From Xanthobacteraceae bacterium (GTDB lineage Bacteria > Pseudomonadota > Alphaproteobacteria > Rhizobiales > Xanthobacteraceae): a stretch of DNA of 32,144 nt. Shown piece after piece: positions 31,734 to 32,144 of the stretch. Made by a program: the position numbers and the translations under genes. The notes under the pieces were generated by a model. The model ran no database searches, was not told where the DNA came from, and saw only the letters and a program-made list of their open reading frames with translations. The stretch spans positions 1 to 32,144 of the forward strand of contig JASHQO010000534.1 in the NCBI GenBank assembly GCA_030039105.1, in the 5' to 3' direction. The stretch's first letter is position 1; each line of letters starts with the position of its first letter.

Positions 31734-32144
31734 ACAAGGTCGAATTCCTGACGCATGATGCCGCGACCGAGCGCGCTCCGGTGGCGTCGCACGAGCTGCG
31801 CGCGCCGCCGAAGGCAGCGAAGCTTTTGCTGTGCGTCTGGGGCTACAGCTACGTTCGTCAGTTCCTGGAATGCGGCCTGCCGACGCTGCTGGCGCCCGGC
31901 AACGTCCCGGCGTTGGCCGCGGCGCTGCCGACCGAATTCGTCGTGCTCACCAGCGCCGACGATGAATCCTTCATCGCCGAGCATCCGGCGTTCAAGCAGT
32001 TGGACAGCATCTGCAAGACCACGATCCATCCGATCGACCACCTCATCACCGACGGCAATTATTCGACCACCATCACGCTCGCCTATACGGAAGCGGTGCG
32101 CGAAGTTGGCGAGGAGATGATCGACACCTGCTTCTTCTTCCTGG
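31730..32144 (+). CDS. Hypothetical protein (C-terminus cut by the right window edge); paralog of the left-edge ORF 1..924
   Basis: Absent from the ORF track because it has no stop in the window. ATG 31730-31732 overlaps the TGA of the SDR gene (ATGA). Translation: MNKVEFLTHDAATERAPV...KLLLCVWGYSYVRQFLECGLPTLLAPGNVPALAAALPTEFVVLTSADDES...IDTCFFFL. Over the shared span it is roughly half identical by eye to the left-edge protein. Confidence 0.75.
   Translation, partial: MNKVEFLTHDAATERAPVASHELRAPPKAAKLLLCVWGYSYVRQFLECGLPTLLAPGNVPALAAALPTEFVVLTSADDESFIAEHPAFKQLDSICKTTIHPIDHLITDGNYSTTITLAYTEAVREVGEEMIDTCFFFL

Noticed and set aside
1-32144. Search for defence systems, toxin-antitoxin pairs, CRISPR arrays, tRNA/rRNA genes, integrases, transposases or IS ends
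   Set aside because: I found no direct-repeat/spacer arrays and no tRNA-like cloverleaf candidates in the short intergenic gaps. No nuclease, ATPase or recombinase motifs appear in any credible ORF. The window reads as glycan metabolism throughout.

Overview
This is a gene-dense, visibly GC3-rich 32-kb segment (GC not computed) of a surface-polysaccharide (O-antigen/EPS-type) biosynthesis and decoration island. It probably comes from a Bradyrhizobium/Rhodopseudomonas-like alphaproteobacterium, a tentative guess based on codon bias and one intergenic repeat I recognise from memory. I call 28 protein-coding genes. Two of them run off the window edges and are missing from the supplied ORF track. 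I see no tRNA/rRNA, CRISPR array, transposase or integrase.

Gene content:
- Nucleotide-sugar genes: two CapD/PseB-type SDRs, an SqdB/SQD1-type UDP-sulfoquinovose synthase homolog, three GalE-like SDRs, and a heptose module (GmhA-like isomerase plus a reverse-order nucleotidyltransferase-kinase fusion).
- Transferases and export: a GtrB/ArnC-type polyprenyl-phosphate GT2, a soluble GT2, two edge paralogs of an unassigned family, and a Wzx-like flippase.
- Decorating enzymes, unusually dense: five SAM-methyltransferase-like genes, two head-to-head acyltransferase-3 paralogs, a FemAB-like transferase, and a ChbG/YdjC-type deacetylase.

Most novel-looking items:
1. Three colinear paralogs of a ~540-565 aa polytopic membrane protein that I cannot place in a named family. 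They are candidate GT-C/GtrC-like partners of the GtrB-type enzyme.
2. Two exported proteins sharing an unassigned ~160-aa C-terminal domain.
3. A SUEL-lectin-like cysteine-patterned tail on one acyltransferase.
4. An sqdB homolog embedded in a polysaccharide cluster.
5. An intact, translationally coupled ORF that is an in-frame chimera of a nucleotidyltransferase N-terminus and an epimerase C-terminus.

Gene orientation flips 13 times across the 28 genes. All functional calls come from reading motifs by eye; no database search was run.
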